Origin: Dimorphilus gyrociliatus
Taxonomy: Eukaryota > Animalia > Annelida
Length of the DNA stretch: 64,000 nucleotides
Reading direction: 5' to 3'
Assembly (NCBI GenBank): GCA_904063045.1
Contig: CAJFCJ010000070.1
Coordinates: 133,502 to 197,501, forward strand
Part shown: positions 11,314-24,025 of the stretch, one piece after another
Numbering within the stretch: the stretch's first letter is position 1
How the letters are laid out: each line of letters opens with the position of its first letter
Made by a program: the position numbers and the translations under genes
The notes under the pieces: model-generated
The model's database searches: none
The model's input: only the letters and a program-made list of their open reading frames with translations
Told to the model about the DNA's origin: nothing

Positions 11314-12492
11314 GTGGGTTCTAATTTTATGAATCATTTATATACATCTGTGAAAATGATACCGGATACAAATTATCAGATTGATGCAAAGTTTTGCAGT
11401 AAAGGAAAGACATATGCAAAATCTGGAATGCATGAATCATTGGTTGTCAAATGTGATGAAGTGTATTCTGGTAAGTATTTCCTTTTTCACCTCTACTTGG
11501 AAGGATCAAGTTCAAAGAGAACAATAGATATAAATGAACTCTATATGTATGCTAAATTATTGAATAAGGCAAAAACTCATGGTAAATTTTAAAAATCATT
11601 TTTTTGATAATATTAATTCTTTACCTGTTCAACAGTTTCCTTAACAACTTATAAAAATGTTATTAAAAAGATTATAAGAGACGGAAGTGACGTCAGTACA
11701 GATATATTAAATATTATGCAAGATGCAGTATATTATTTATCTTCTTCATTATTGGAAGATGTAAATATTGAAATAGAAATATTAACTGATTTAATCTACT
11801 TAAATACAATTTGCATATCTTGTATGTAAAAATTCTTTGTCTTTAATTCAGCTTTTAAAATTTATTCATATTTTTTTCCAGGCTCTAATGAAGGCATTGC
11901 TGCTGATGATGAAACTGTAGAAATTACAGATTATTTTAAAAATGAAATTGTAACTACAAAAATAAAGGGAGATTTTTTATCACAACATACAACTTGTGGA
12001 ACTTTTAACACTGTATTCTCAAAATATTTAAAACTTTTATCTTTAAGGAAAAGACCAATTTTTGAAATTGAACTTTCTGCAACAACAATTGCATCAAAAG
12101 AATGTTTGTAAATCGTGTTTATTTCTCTAAAATTTCCTATATTTATTTTCTTAAATTTTCTTTTAAAAGATGATCCTAGAAGAAATGAATTGGAAATATG
12201 TGAAATACAATCTTCAGAGCTTGTTTTAAATCTTACAAGTTTGCCAAGGCCACAAAATGATAATTTCTTTATGGTAAAACATTCATCTGAGATTGAAGAT
12301 GATCAGGCAGTGATAGTTAATAAAAAAGAGCTATTAAATGGAAATTTAAAACTCTGTGATGAGATACAACTGCCAGAAAAGAATGCATTTTTCAAAAACG
12401 AAAAATTTTTCAATTGCTCAACAACTTTTGAAGAGATTCAAGTTTTTAATACTAATATACACTTGAGATCATCTGTGCATGTCTATGTTTAA
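11314..12492 (+). CDS. Uncharacterised multi-exon protein, 5-prime end missing
   Basis: Phase-1 GT-AG introns at 11582-11635, 11822-11881 and 12104-12169 (possibly also 11471-11503) join open exons through to TAA at 12490-12492. No domain recognised. Confidence 0.6.
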
Positions 12493-12531
12493 AATTTTTG
12501 AATATGTGTTATTGGGATATGTAAATGCATT

Positions 12532-12690
12532 GTTTAACCCTACCCCTAACCTAGCCCTTGTCTCTCTCTAACCTTTTTGAATACCCCTAAGCCCTTAGAT
12601 GAAAGCCCTCTATTACAAATCAATAGCTACTTTACTCCTAACCATTTTTCAACCCAAAACCCTTAGGGGAAATTGGGAACTAAAACAGTA
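12532..12690. mobile_element. Truncated TTAGGG-bearing MULE MITE
   Basis: TTTAACCCTACCCCTAACCTAGCCCTTGTCTCTCTC...CCTAACCATTTTTCAA homologous to the 19025/42257 MITE interior. Ends not found. Confidence 0.75.
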
Positions 12691-13005
12691 TCACCTATTT
12701 TTAATTTTAACAATCCTGATCTGCTCATACTTTCAAAACTTGATGTCTGTCTCATTCTTCTCATACATAATTTTCCTTCAGTATTTATATATAATATTAT
12801 CATACTTTTCATAATCTAAAAATTACTGTTCACCTTCACCTCCCTTTATAACCCTAAATTTTATTGAAGAAAACATTATATGACAATTTTTCCACAAGGA
12901 TATCATTTGTTGAATATAATCGATTGTCAACAGTCATTAAAAGTGATTATTCATAAAATAGACATTTTAAGATATTAATTGACCTTTATTTTTTGTACAC
13001 TCTTG

Positions 13006-14995
13006 TCAAGTTTCATTTTTACAATGTTTAGACATTTCCATTGAGCTAACAAAACTATATGTTCTACTGGAAAGCTTTTTAATTGGAAATTTTGAAGATT
13101 GGCGCCATGTATAAATTATACCACCAAAAATTCCAATGAGAATACAAATAGCAATTATTAAGCCAATGCCAAGTCCAATTTTTAAACCAGTTCTATCATC
13201 AGAAGTCACAATCTTTGTGTTTATATCTAATGAAAACTGTACACAAGTTTAAGATATTAGATAGAAAAGATAAGAGCTCAATAGATAATAAGAGAATAGA
13301 TAATATAAGAGTAGAGATTTATACCTTTTATCAGATCAGTTTGGCATACAAAGGGAAAGATATTTTCAGAGCAAATATGGCTTCTCCGATGGCCATACAA
13401 AGAAGTACATAATGTCACACAATGTCCTTCTCTGTCATCAATATGATAAAAATATCAAAAACCTAAGTGATTTCCATTTTCCCAAATATAATTACCACTA
13501 TTTCCTCTCTTTAGGCCAATCCATAATCCCTCCATAAAATTAGGTAATTATTTTGTGGCATATTTTTCAATGAAAAAATTTTCTTCAAATGATGTTACTT
13601 CTGCTAAAGTGCCATTAATTCTTCTGCAAAATGCTTTTCAAAATTTACAAATATTTTCATTTCAAATACAAAACATTTATTATCAAACACTTTCCAAATG
13701 CCAGATTGAGAAAGTTTTGTGGGACAATGTCCTCATTCTGGGCTAGGAGTTGTTGGATAAGGCAGTTTTGGAACTTTGCATATGTAACCTGATGTTGAAT
13801 GGCTATCACTACACAAGCGTCTCCTCCAGGAGCCAGATGTTTCTTGATGCCCACCATTATAAAGCACAACACATTTGCCCTGTTTATGACCAGTCCTGCT
13901 CCAAAATTGAAATGTTAGAGGAGTGTTATCCATCCAGTTATATGGACAGCCATAGTCTTTCCAAAATAGACCAATCTTCAAACTAACAGTATTTGGATAT
14001 CTTTTAGCCATCATAGCTAGCCAAACTTGTTCTGAAAGGTCCTTAATACTGACCAGTCTGCTTTTGCTCCAGCCTTTTCGAATACATCCATGAAGTGCTT
14101 CTTTAAATGAGTTGGTTTTGTGTTCATCAAACAGATAGCAATAACTGCCATGACTGATCCACTTTTCACTATTAGGGCAAAGTCCATGAACAGAAGAGGT
14201 TGTCAGTGGAATGCCAGCTTGTATTTTACATATACTTTCAAGCTTTGTGCTACAAGGAAAGCCTTTCCATTTTCCATTTGGTGAAAGAGCCACACAGTGA
14301 TCTTCATCTCCAGGATATACATCCCAAATTGTAAAACCACTGTTGTATGATCACTCCAGTTATATAAGTCTGTAGCATTATTCCTATACATTCCAATCCA
14401 AATGTGATAATGTAGTCCTTCATTTAATGACATAGAATGAACAGAAGCCAAATTCATTTCCTAAAAAGTGTAACACTTAATAGAAAATAATTGTTAATAA
14501 ACAATCAATTGATTTACCTGATTTTTACAGGAATTTAAAGATTCTTTCCAGGTTTTCTTGTCTTTTTGTATACTATAACATCCATCCCCTAGAAATTCTC
14601 CTTTCTGACAAATTGTTTTCTTTGGAGGGGTTGTAGATGTCAAATTAATTTGATCTGAGTTCAAATATATAATTAAAAGCAAGTCAACAAAGGTCTAAAA
14701 TCCTAATCTTAAAATACATTAAAAGAAGGACAACTCAAAAACATGTTTTTGTGATAAGCTTTACATGTAATGGTATATACCTTTCTGGATAAGACAGAAA
14801 GCATCCCCAAATGCATTGTTTAACCCTAACTTTAACCTAGCTCTTGTCTCTGCCTAACCTTTGAGGACATTTTCTGCTAGCCCCTACCTTTCCAGATACT
14901 GCATACATAGCCTCTTCAAACTGAACGGTCACTTTCTTTCCAAACACCTGCTGTTAAACTTTGATAAGGGACTGCATTAGTTGACAGGAAATCAT
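13006..14995 (-). pseudogene. C-type mannose receptor-like (multi-CTLD, type I membrane) pseudogene
   Basis: At least three to four CTLDs (CYSIQKDKKTWKESLNSC, HIWIGM, WKGFPCSTKLESICK, WISHGSYCYLF, LWIGL) followed by TM GLKIGLGIGLIIAICILIGIFGGIIYTW. In-frame TGAs (about 14915 and 13733), a frameshift near 14335 and further lesions at 13400-13650. Confidence 0.88.
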
Positions 14996-15312
14996 AATTC
15001 TGAATGAATTTGACATTAGTGTAACAAATTACAACAAAGACATTGATTATATATACAATGAAAATTAATAAATAAATTTTGCTAATAATTTTCACAAATA
15101 TGATAATTTTCTATAATTTTTTTCAGTATTACATAAATATAACTCTTTCTTCATGGAAATTTAGACAAAAAAAACCAATTTAAAACAAAGATAACATTTT
15201 TGGGGTGTTTTCAAAATTGGCATATCAGAATTTACAGTGTCCGGGTATTATAGGCCTTGACTTTATACATATATATGAAAAATTAATAATTATTATCCTT
15301 ATCTCTGTTTAG

Positions 15313-15805
15313 ATGTATTTTTCAAAAAGTCCAATCTGCTGTACTTTACATATAACGAGTGAAGAAGCCAAAGGATGGGGTTTTTCATTCATAGTTTTCG
15401 GCCTATTAATATCACTAATTTGCATAATAATTTTAATATTTTATATTAAAATATGGAAGCAAACTTTAGATAGAAAGAGATTAATTAATAGAAATCAATT
15501 TAAAACTCAACAAAAGAAACTCAAATTTAATGCTTTTATCATTGTTGCTACAAATTTATGTTGTTGGTTTCCAATCTCCTTGTTAGGTAATTCAAACAAA
15601 CAAATAAACAAACGTCTCTTGAACGATCCTTTGTTCAGGAATATATTCTGTACTCTTTCATTTGGTGTTGAAGAAGGAAATCTATATTATGTTTGTTGTT
15701 GTCATCCTACCATTAAATTCAATCATCAATCCCTTTATATACACTTTAAGGGATGTGAAATTGTATTATGAAAGGAATCAGGCTAAACTCAAGAAACATA
15801 TGTAA
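15313..15805 (+). pseudogene. GRL101/LGR-type receptor remnant 2 (orphan last two exons, ECL2-TM7)
   Basis: Exons 15313-15586 and 15639-15805 (52-nt intron) read openly: PICCTLH...GWGFSFIVFG...VATNLCCWFPISLLGIYS...LPLNSIINPFIY*. No 5-prime exons are found upstream. Confidence 0.85.
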
Positions 15806-16172
15806 AGTATTCAGGGAAACAGTTTTTCCAGATACGTAGGCCTAATAATTTACTCTTTTTCTCTCTTTCATAGAGAACAACAAGTTAATTATGCAATAAC
15901 AGTAAATCTTGAAGAATGTAAACATTTTGAAGAGAAAATGTTTTCAATTCATTCATTTATTCTTCTATTCAAAAAAGGTTTGCAATGGATGAGAGAAAAT
16001 GAAAAATCACTGCTGCGCAATACAACAACAACGTCCGTTGAATTATTAAAGAAATCTTTGCCGTTTTATTTCCTTTCAAATATTTTTCAAATTACAAACA
16101 TCTCTGCAAAGGATTAGAATTGCGATCTCACATAATAAAACATTGACAAACTAAACAAAATATTTTCTTTAG

Positions 16173-16691
16173 ATTCGGATCAGGTAGCCAGACTACTCGG
16201 TTTTTCGGTATTATTCTTAAAATCTTACAAGTTACAAATTTTTTAATATTCAATTTAAAATATTCTAATGCTGTTGCTACTAAGCCAGAAATTCTGGCCT
16301 CGATATCGATTTGTGACCTCCGAGTTCTACAAGGCATAGGCCTAATGTATAAATACAGCAGCCTTCCATTTCTATTTTTGAATTATTCAGGTTGGAGCGT
16401 GAAGATTATCTAATCAAACCTTTGGCAGTTGTATATTATAATGGTTTCATTCTTGTTGTCCCTTCCAAGAAATATGTTGTAAGTTGACGGCAACGACGAT
16501 GCCGACGTCGGTTCTTGGACTTATAGCACAAATGATATAAATCTTATGTTAAACTGGATTTGGAAATGTACGAAAATAAGGACTTTGAGATTGTCGACAG
16601 TAATGTTGTTCATCCAGAGAAAAAGTATCCGTGCTGTCCCGAATTGTATGTTAGCTTAAAGTATACTATTCAACTTGGACGAAAAGTGTGA
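16173..16691 (+). pseudogene. Nicotinic acetylcholine receptor alpha / AChBP-like ligand-binding domain remnant
   Basis: AVVYYNGFILVVPS, GSWTY and loop C YPCCPELY (TGC TGT at 16632-16637), then KYTIQLGRKV*. The first Cys-loop Cys reads TGA, the loop is shortened and there are two frameshifts. Confidence 0.85.
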
Positions 16692-17336
16692 CCTACTTTA
16701 AATGTACTACCATTTTTCTTTTTGAATAAACAATATATCTATTAGTTTGAAAGTATTTGGCATATAAATTAATTAATAGATTTTATCCGTCAGCCATTAT
16801 TATATTGTTAATTTCCTCTTATAGATTATATTGTATTCCAACTACAGTAGCGACATCTCTATTCCTATAATACAAACAGTTTGGAATTACCTAACAAATC
16901 CAATTGAATAGACATATTTATTGTTTATATATATATTATGGAATAAGAAATATGAAATGTTAAATAATAGATTTATATAAGCAAAAGAAAAGACTTAAGC
17001 ATTAAAACCCACAAAACCATTCAATAAATGCCTTTGGTCAAATTTAATTGAACAAATAATCATATATTTTATGATGTTTTGCCGTCCAATCAAAAATTCT
17101 CCATTTTGAATGAATAGGAGGAATTTGAGCATAAGCGTTCCCTTTAAAACGATTATATTCTGATCTTTGATAAACTTCTTCAAATTTTCCATCTGCTGTT
17201 TAGAAGCGGCGAAGCAGATGAAGCATTTCAACTTTCCTTCATTAGTCATATTCTGTTAATGCAAATTATTCGTTGAACTAACCCTTGAAATTAAATTAAT
17301 AACCACGTGGTTATTGGACCATTCATTTAAATAATA

Positions 17337-18317
17337 TTACTCGACCAAAGCGACATCTACATTTCTAGAAGAAATCCTCCCCATAATATTTTTATAGAAT
17401 GTTTTTGTTTGAATTCTTATAGAGGATTTAGTATAGCCGTGAACCAGCGGGTTTACTGTTGAATTTGAAGCCATAATCGCCGTAAATGAATCAAATAGTA
17501 ATATAAACTGGGAATCAGAAAGAGTATATTTCATTCCTTGTCGATTGTAATGAATGACAATTAATACGGCTGATAAACTCCAAAACAAACAATTCATTAT
17601 CAATAGACATGTTAAAACTGGTATACTACTGCCTTTAGATTCTAAATTAACGGCGTTCACTCTATCAGAAATTCTTTTTCTGTGTCTTCTGATCGCTTGA
17701 AGAATGGGAATGTAGAGTAAAAGGCTTGCAAATGAACTCGGTAACACTGTACTAAACGACCAAAAGTGAAGATAAGAAAATGAGAAAACTCTTAAAATAT
17801 CGCATTGAAAACTATCATTCCTATTCAAACTTAATTCGTAACGATTCCAACCTAAAACCGGAAGTGAACAAACAAAAACGTTAAAGAACCATATAGCAGA
17901 GAGTAGGATAAAAGCCCTTCTAGTTGTCCATAGTTTAGAGAAGGTTAACGGTTTTACAACTGCCATAAACTTTTCAAATGTGATTAGAGTCAATGTAAAA
18001 CAGGAGATTGAAACTACAAAGAAAATAACTTGAAATCCGCAAAGACAACTGTAATAGCTTATATCATAATTATGCAGAATTATGAATATGAGTAACGTCA
18101 TTGAATATAAGATATCGGTAAATGTCAATGCAGTCACACCAAAGTTATGTAATTTCCATAAATCTTTATTAACCGTATGAATTATTATTAAATTACTGTT
18201 TAAAAGTAGGCCAATAATTTGAGCGCAACCAGAAAATATCGATATATAAATGCTCACGTACGCCATCTTTATTAATCTACAATTTTTTGATAGAAAAAGA
18301 AGCATCAAACCAAACAA
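17337..18317 (-). CDS. Intronless class A (rhodopsin-like) GPCR, orphan, MECA/adenosine-like features
   Basis: 326-aa ORF with 7 hydrophobic segments: TM1 N, TM2 LTFTD, TM3 TFEKFMAVVKP (DRY variant), TM4 W then LPVLGWN, TM7 NSTVNPLVHGY. The true start may be MAYVSIY. Confidence 0.9.
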   Translation of the reverse strand: MFGLMLLFLSKNCRLIKMAYVSIYISIFSGCAQIIGLLLNSNLIIIHTVNKDLWKLHNFGVTALTFTDILYSMTLLIFIILHNYDISYYSCLCGFQVIFFVVSISCFTLTLITFEKFMAVVKPLTFSKLWTTRRAFILLSAIWFFNVFVCSLPVLGWNRYELSLNRNDSFQCDILRVFSFSYLHFWSFSTVLPSSFASLLLYIPILQAIRRHRKRISDRVNAVNLESKGSSIPVLTCLLIMNCLFWSLSAVLIVIHYNRQGMKYTLSDSQFILLFDSFTAIMASNSTVNPLVHGYTKSSIRIQTKTFYKNIMGRISSRNVDVALVE

Positions 18318-18376
18318 AACTACATTATAGCAATGATTATAAAAATGAATAATAAATATTTATCATTTGCTCAACG

Positions 18377-18387
18377 CTGATTGGCTG
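18377..18387 (-). promoter_or_regulatory. CCAAT box (CAGCCAATCAG) upstream of the GPCR
   Basis: NF-Y consensus match 60 nt upstream of the ORF start on the coding strand. Confidence 0.45.
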
Positions 18388-18789
18388 AATAATAAAATAT
18401 CCCTATAGTAGTTTATTATTTATATATTTAGTATCTGCGTCAGAGTAAAGACTCTTTAACCTTCATCTTTCGACTACTAATTGGATGAAAGCTCTCAAAA
18501 ACAGGGAACAAATTGTATAGATTGATAAAAATAACTGGGAGGAATGAGATACCTATCTATTTATTTCTTACCAAAGGCTATTCCATCAAAGGGTGTTTTT
18601 AAAATCTGAATGTCCTACATTGTATATATTGAATAGACAGTTTGGCAGTAATTTTGTCCGCAATTTTCATAAATATGAAAGATTGATTATGATTTCTACC
18701 ATTAAATTGTCATTCAAAATGTCGGCCATTGAAAGCTGGTTCAATCTCTAAATCTAATAGAATATATAATAAGAGGCTGTTGGAAAGAT

Positions 18790-19024
18790 GATTAAGGAGT
18801 TGGGATATAGAAAAACCTATACAAAATAGACCCCATGTGATCGTAAAGGGTTAATAGAATGAGGTGAAGGTGAGCCATTGTTGTTCTTAGCTACTCCAAG
18901 ATAGAAAAGAAGACTTTTTGGAAAAAACAGTTACTGGAGATGAAACTGGGTTACATCTTTATGATCCAGAATCAAAGAGGGCTTCTTTGACCTATATGAA
19001 GACCCTGCAAAGGCTAAGAAAACC
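18790..19024 (+). mobile_element. mariner transposase remnant
   Basis: DFLEKTVTGDETGLHLYDPESKRAS matches mariner FLxRIVTGDETW...PESKRQS. It is cut by the MITE at 19025. Confidence 0.75.
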
Positions 19025-19213
19025 GGGGCCGACAGAAAACGTCCCCAAATGAGATTTTTGAAAAATGGTTAGGAGGGGTAAAGTAGCTTTTGATTTATAG
19101 TTAGGGGGGGTTCCATCTAAGGGTTAGGAGCAATCAAAAAGGTTAAGGAGAGACAAGGGCTAGGTTAGGGTTAGGGTTAAATCATGAATTTGGGGACGTT
19201 TTCTGTTGTATCC
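19025..19213. mobile_element. MULE-type MITE (189 bp) with TTAGGG repeats
   Basis: TIRs GGGGCCGACAGAAAACGTCCCCAAAT and (reverse complement) GGATACAACAGAAAACGTCCCCAAAT. Perfect TSD AAGAAAACC (19016-19024, 19214-19222). Confidence 0.95.
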
Positions 19214-19908
19214 AAGAAAACCATTACATAGTCATCATATTGAAGCATATTGACTGGCAGTCTTTATACTATGTTTTGGATAACTAAATCGTATCGTTCA
19301 TCAATTCTTTAGCTTGTCATAAACTGTTCAAGTTTTGTTTTTCTTTTAAAATGGCTGCCTCTCTTTTACTCCAATTGAACGAATGACTTATCCTAAAATA
19401 TATCATCATCTCTTTCTCCTACATTTCAAAATGACTTATGAATATTTGATTAAATTATTTTTACAAGATAATTGCTTTTCACTTTTCTCATTTGTCTTTA
19501 TTAATTATTCAATTTTTAATTTAACCAATTCCAAGTCATAGTCAGTTGATGGAATCCTTTATATAGGTCATAATCTAATTCCAATTGATTAATGATTTTC
19601 ATCTAGTATGATAACCTTCTCCTTTTTCAAAGTTCTACTTATGGAGCTCATACCAATCACAACAAACTGCAATTTGCTAATGATACTGGAAGATGTCTGT
19701 GAAATAGATTTTCAAAATAGTGAAAAAAAAACTGTATATATATAGGCCTAATTGTTTATTCAATGTGTCTTTTTAAAAGTTGTCTCCAAATCTAATAGAT
19801 GGCACTAGTAGTTTTCTTTGTATAACTTGAATTAAATTAATGAAACTCTGTCTGCAAAACATTCCAATAAATTCCAATATTGCGACCAAGTACAGTTGTT
19901 GTGAACTA

Positions 19909-20560
19909 TCAAATGTAAATTGAATTTCTTCTTAGGAATTCTTTTAAAAAATCAATAAAAATAAATTTAAATGGCGTTTTTAATTTGAATATTTTCAAAT
20001 TAGAAAAACATGTCGATATTTGATTTTCATTGTTTAAAATTTCATTTAAAAATCTATTTTCCAAATCATAAAATATATCTGGATTTATAATTTCTAAATG
20101 TTGTAGATTTTTACATTTTTTTAAAAGTTTCCCACAATTCAAATTTCAGTATCTTTATCATTGGAGATGATGAAATTAGCCATCAAAAATATATAAAATC
20201 CTATTACCAGGATTAGATTTTGGTGAAAAAATAAATATTTTATTGTTGAGTAGTTTCTTAAGAAAATATCCAAATTGTTTATAATTTGAATTTGAATTAT
20301 TTAACAATACAATTGAATTTAAATTTCTACTCCAATTATTTATGATTGTTTCATTTAAAAATTGTTTACAAAATATTGATAATCCTCCATTAGAGCATAT
20401 AAAATATTTCAAATTTTCGCATCTGTTCAAGAATTGTCTGACAAACTTTTTCGATGAAATATTTTCACACAAATTGAATTTTATAAAAATTAATAATTTG
20501 GGTTCAACCATTTTTCTCAGCTCAACCAATTGAAAAATAGTTTTTCCCTATTGAATATTT
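19909..20560 (-). pseudogene. RNI-like/FBXL-type leucine-rich repeat remnant
   Basis: FLNRCENLKYFIC, LLKKCKNLQHLEI and CFSNLKIFKL repeats, broken by stops and a frameshift between two ORFs. Confidence 0.55.
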
Positions 20561-20638
20561 TGAAGGAAATTCAAACAATAGCAAACAATTGAAATCCCAA
20601 AAAACATAAAAGTAAGAAAAGGTCAGATTATATATAGA

Positions 20639-20642
<4 letters not shown>

Positions 20643-20670
<28 letters not shown>
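20643..20670. repeat. (AT)n microsatellite
   Basis: Direct sequence; similar (AT)n tracts at about 24031, 25859 and 36200. Confidence 0.95.
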
Positions 20671-20671
<1 letters not shown>

Positions 20672-20697
20672 AGTACAAGGATATAAATAGCATTATA

Positions 20698-21596
20698 CAG
20701 TGCATGACAATGACTTATAGCCACCTGTTTTATTTTTATATTTTTTCCTAAAATTTTTGTTTTGTAGAATTTCCAAATAACAATTAGAGGAAATGTTTTA
20801 GACATTTGAAATATTCCATGCAGATGAAAATTCTGCTTCAAATATTTTTATTTTGTGTTTTCTGTACAATGAAAGTTTTACTCTATATACAAAATCAAGA
20901 CATTAATTTATAGCCAGGGATAAAAAAAATAAGGAATATTTTTTATTTAATAATCTCAAGGGTATCCTTGCTTTTCTAACACTCCTGGTCTCTTTGGAGA
21001 CATGAATTGGTGCATTATCCTGTTGCAAGATGCAATCATTGCCATACAAGGCATGTGCACCAGGTATTATGTGATTATCAATCACATCAGTAAATTTTGT
21101 TGAATTTCATGTTCTTTTCTACAATCTTTAGATGTAACTCTCCCACCATTGATATCCCTCCCCATACCATGAAAGACCCCTGTTTGAAATTTCTGTTGGA
21201 GAACCACCTCTCTTCTTTCCTGATATCATGTAGTAATAATCTAGCCCATCAGGACTATCCAAATTCCATTTCTTTTCATCAGTGAAAATAATCTTATTCC
21301 ACTCTTGATAATTATGGAACTAATGGGCATAGCTTAATCTGGCATCTCAATTCCTGTTTTTAATTTTTGGTATTTGGTTCATTTTTTTGTATTTTAGAGA
21401 CATTATGTTCAAAACTCTCTGAATTGTTCTGACACTTCCTCCTAGTCCTGCCCATTCCTTTATTTTTCTGGCACCAATGGCCTTATTTGAACCAGCATCT
21501 CGAATTTTTGCTCATATGGAGTGTGAATTCTTTTCTGAAAATTAATGGAAAAAAAAAAAGAAAAAGCAGGTGGCTATAAGTCATTATCATGCACTG
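20698..21596 (-). mobile_element. Tc1/Tc3-type transposon, internally deleted (899 bp)
   Basis: TIRs CAGTGCATGAYAATGACTTATAGCCACCTG at both ends with TA duplications. Transposase motifs WNKIIFTDEKKWNLDSPDG and ILQQDNAPIH are present with frameshifts. Confidence 0.92.
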
Positions 21597-22987
21597 TATA
21601 TTAATTTACTTCTTTTTCCATTGATTCTTCTGATTTTTCTTAAGCTACAAGAGGTTTTTTAACGAATTCCCTCTCTGTTTGCTTATGAATTTCTGTCTTA
21701 TTTCTCATTTAGGCAATCATTATCAAGATCATCCTCAGTTTCCTTATTATGCTCTCTCACTCAAATGTACAGTTTTACTCTAACCCTAACACTAACCCTA
21801 ACCCTTGTCACTTTTTGTCTATGCACATTATTCTGCTATCATTTCAACTTGGAAGTTCAACTTTAACCTGAGGATATAAAATTATATTACATGTTTTAAA
21901 CTTATCTCTTTTCTCGGCCCTAATAACCTAACCATTCGAGTCTTTTCTTCCAACTTGATTTTGCAACTTGGCTAAAACTGCCTTCAAATAATTTTAAAAC
22001 TAAAACTGCTAGTGATTATTCACATTCCTCATATTGTTAACTGGATTCCCTAGTAGTTTACTTATAACCCTGAAATATAGATTTCATATTTCTAAACATT
22101 TTAATAACCAAAAATATGTTTTTCTCGCAAATAGACTTTACTTTTAGACTGTGGAAGAATGATACTCATCAATTATACAATAAAACATCAGAGGGAGAAA
22201 AATTTTCTGGAATTGCTCAAGTTTCGTTTGACAACATTTTTTATAATGTTAATCCAAAGTTCATTAGGATAAAAGAAGTGGACCTTTTAGGTCAATACTT
22301 TGGATTTAGTCAAGGAAGTCAAATTTTTTGATGAAAAGCAGAGATCAATAACAACAGTAAAATCTGTAAACTTTTATGATACTTGCTATTATTTATTTGT
22401 TTCCAACAAGAAATATGATGTTTATGAAATTGAAAGCTTTTGCAACAGAAATGGTCTATCAATTGTTGATTTATCATTTATCAATACACATTATATTATT
22501 TATTTATTATTCATTGCAAAAAGATATTTAACATATTCCAAAAGCTAGACAAACAAGCATGGACTGAATGCTTTCATTTGATTTCCAATGATTTATTAAA
22601 ATTATCTAGAATTAAAAATACCAAATGTTCTAGTAAATATAAAAAGTATGTTTGTCAGTTTCTTCTAGGTATTGCATTTGGACAAAAAAAGTCTATGGAT
22701 GATATTAATGATAATACATTTGAACAGATATTGTCAATAAAAGAACAACCATTATTTCCTGGCTTCCTTCTAATTTCAACCAATTCTTCTATTGTTCTAA
22801 AGAAAGCTGTTATATTAATATCATTTTTGTTTGCGATGGAATTATTGATTGGAGAATGTTTGGACAAAAGTGAAATATATAATCAAGAGAAAAATTGTCT
22901 TGATAATTCTGATGAACAAAACCAACATTTCCGTTAGTGTTAAAAATCAATGTACAAATAAGTGTCAATTTTTTGACATACATTAAA

Positions 22988-23021
22988 ATGATTGACTGAT
23001 TGATTGATTGATTGATTGATT
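22988..23021. repeat. (GATT)n microsatellite
   Basis: Direct sequence; a second (TTGA)n tract lies at about 25221-25241. Confidence 0.9.
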
Positions 23022-23390
23022 CAAAACTAGTTTAGCTAACTATAAATCTATTGACACACTTTCTGTTGAAATCACCTTTAAGAATAATTTTACATACACA
23101 TCTTCTAATCTTGCCACAGAGTATTGTAAACGTACCATATGTGACTTTAAATGCTCTGACGAGAATGAACTTTGTCCGCCCTCTTGCCAGCTATGTGAAG
23201 ATTATAGCTACAATGGTAACTGATTGATAACTGAAATATGGAATACTAAAGGTTTACGTTTCTAAAAAATATATAAACAGCGTGTCGCAAGCTAGCCAAT
23301 TTGCATCTTTCTTTTTCAAAAAATTCTCCTATTTTTTAATTCATTCAATTTTTAAAAATTTTTGAAAAGGATTATTTTTCAAAAATATAT

Positions 23391-24025
23391 TGTACAACTT
23401 TGGTTATATTTTACATGCTTGAACTCTATTATTTTATGCAACATATACATGTACATCTTAAAACCTACGCAAGAAAATGCTATAACATTGGCCAAACATA
23501 AGTCTGATTAGTCAGCTTGAAGGCTCATCTTTAATTACCAATAAAGGTTTGGCCAAGTTATAATTTAATTAACTTGCCTAGGGTGTGGCCAAGTTATAAT
23601 TCAATTAACCTTCCTAAATGTTGAACCTTGTAACATCCTGTTACTAAAGATAAATATGAACTACACATTTCGGCAACTGTAAAGTGATGATTGGATGTCA
23701 GAGACAAACCTCAAAGTATATAAATCCTCATTATTCTCATTTGGCATGCAGCTTCCATCTGGACCCAAGGACCTGGGAAAATCATCTGGAAACAACCTCC
23801 ACTGGAACCATCCATCTACTCCTCAACATTGGAAGACAGTTTGGTAATTTGGCAACCTGCTATTACAAACTATCTACTCTGCTATTGAACTCTCATATTG
23901 TTACTTGCTTAAGTATTATTATTGCGAATAAACCATTTTAATTTAAACATTTGTTTAAAGGTTCGAGTAGAACCAGTATTGTTATAACTTGCAAACGCAT
24001 AGATTTTGCCAGCAAGAGCAGTACA
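23391..24025 (+). mobile_element. Solo LTR, family C (635 bp)
   Basis: TGTACAAC...GCAGTACA termini, internal AATAAA and 4-bp TSD ATAT (23387-23390, 24026-24029). Confidence 0.88.

Noticed and set aside
19160-19185. True telomere or interstitial telomeric array
   Set aside because: Only 2-3 units, always inside MITEs with TIRs and TSDs.
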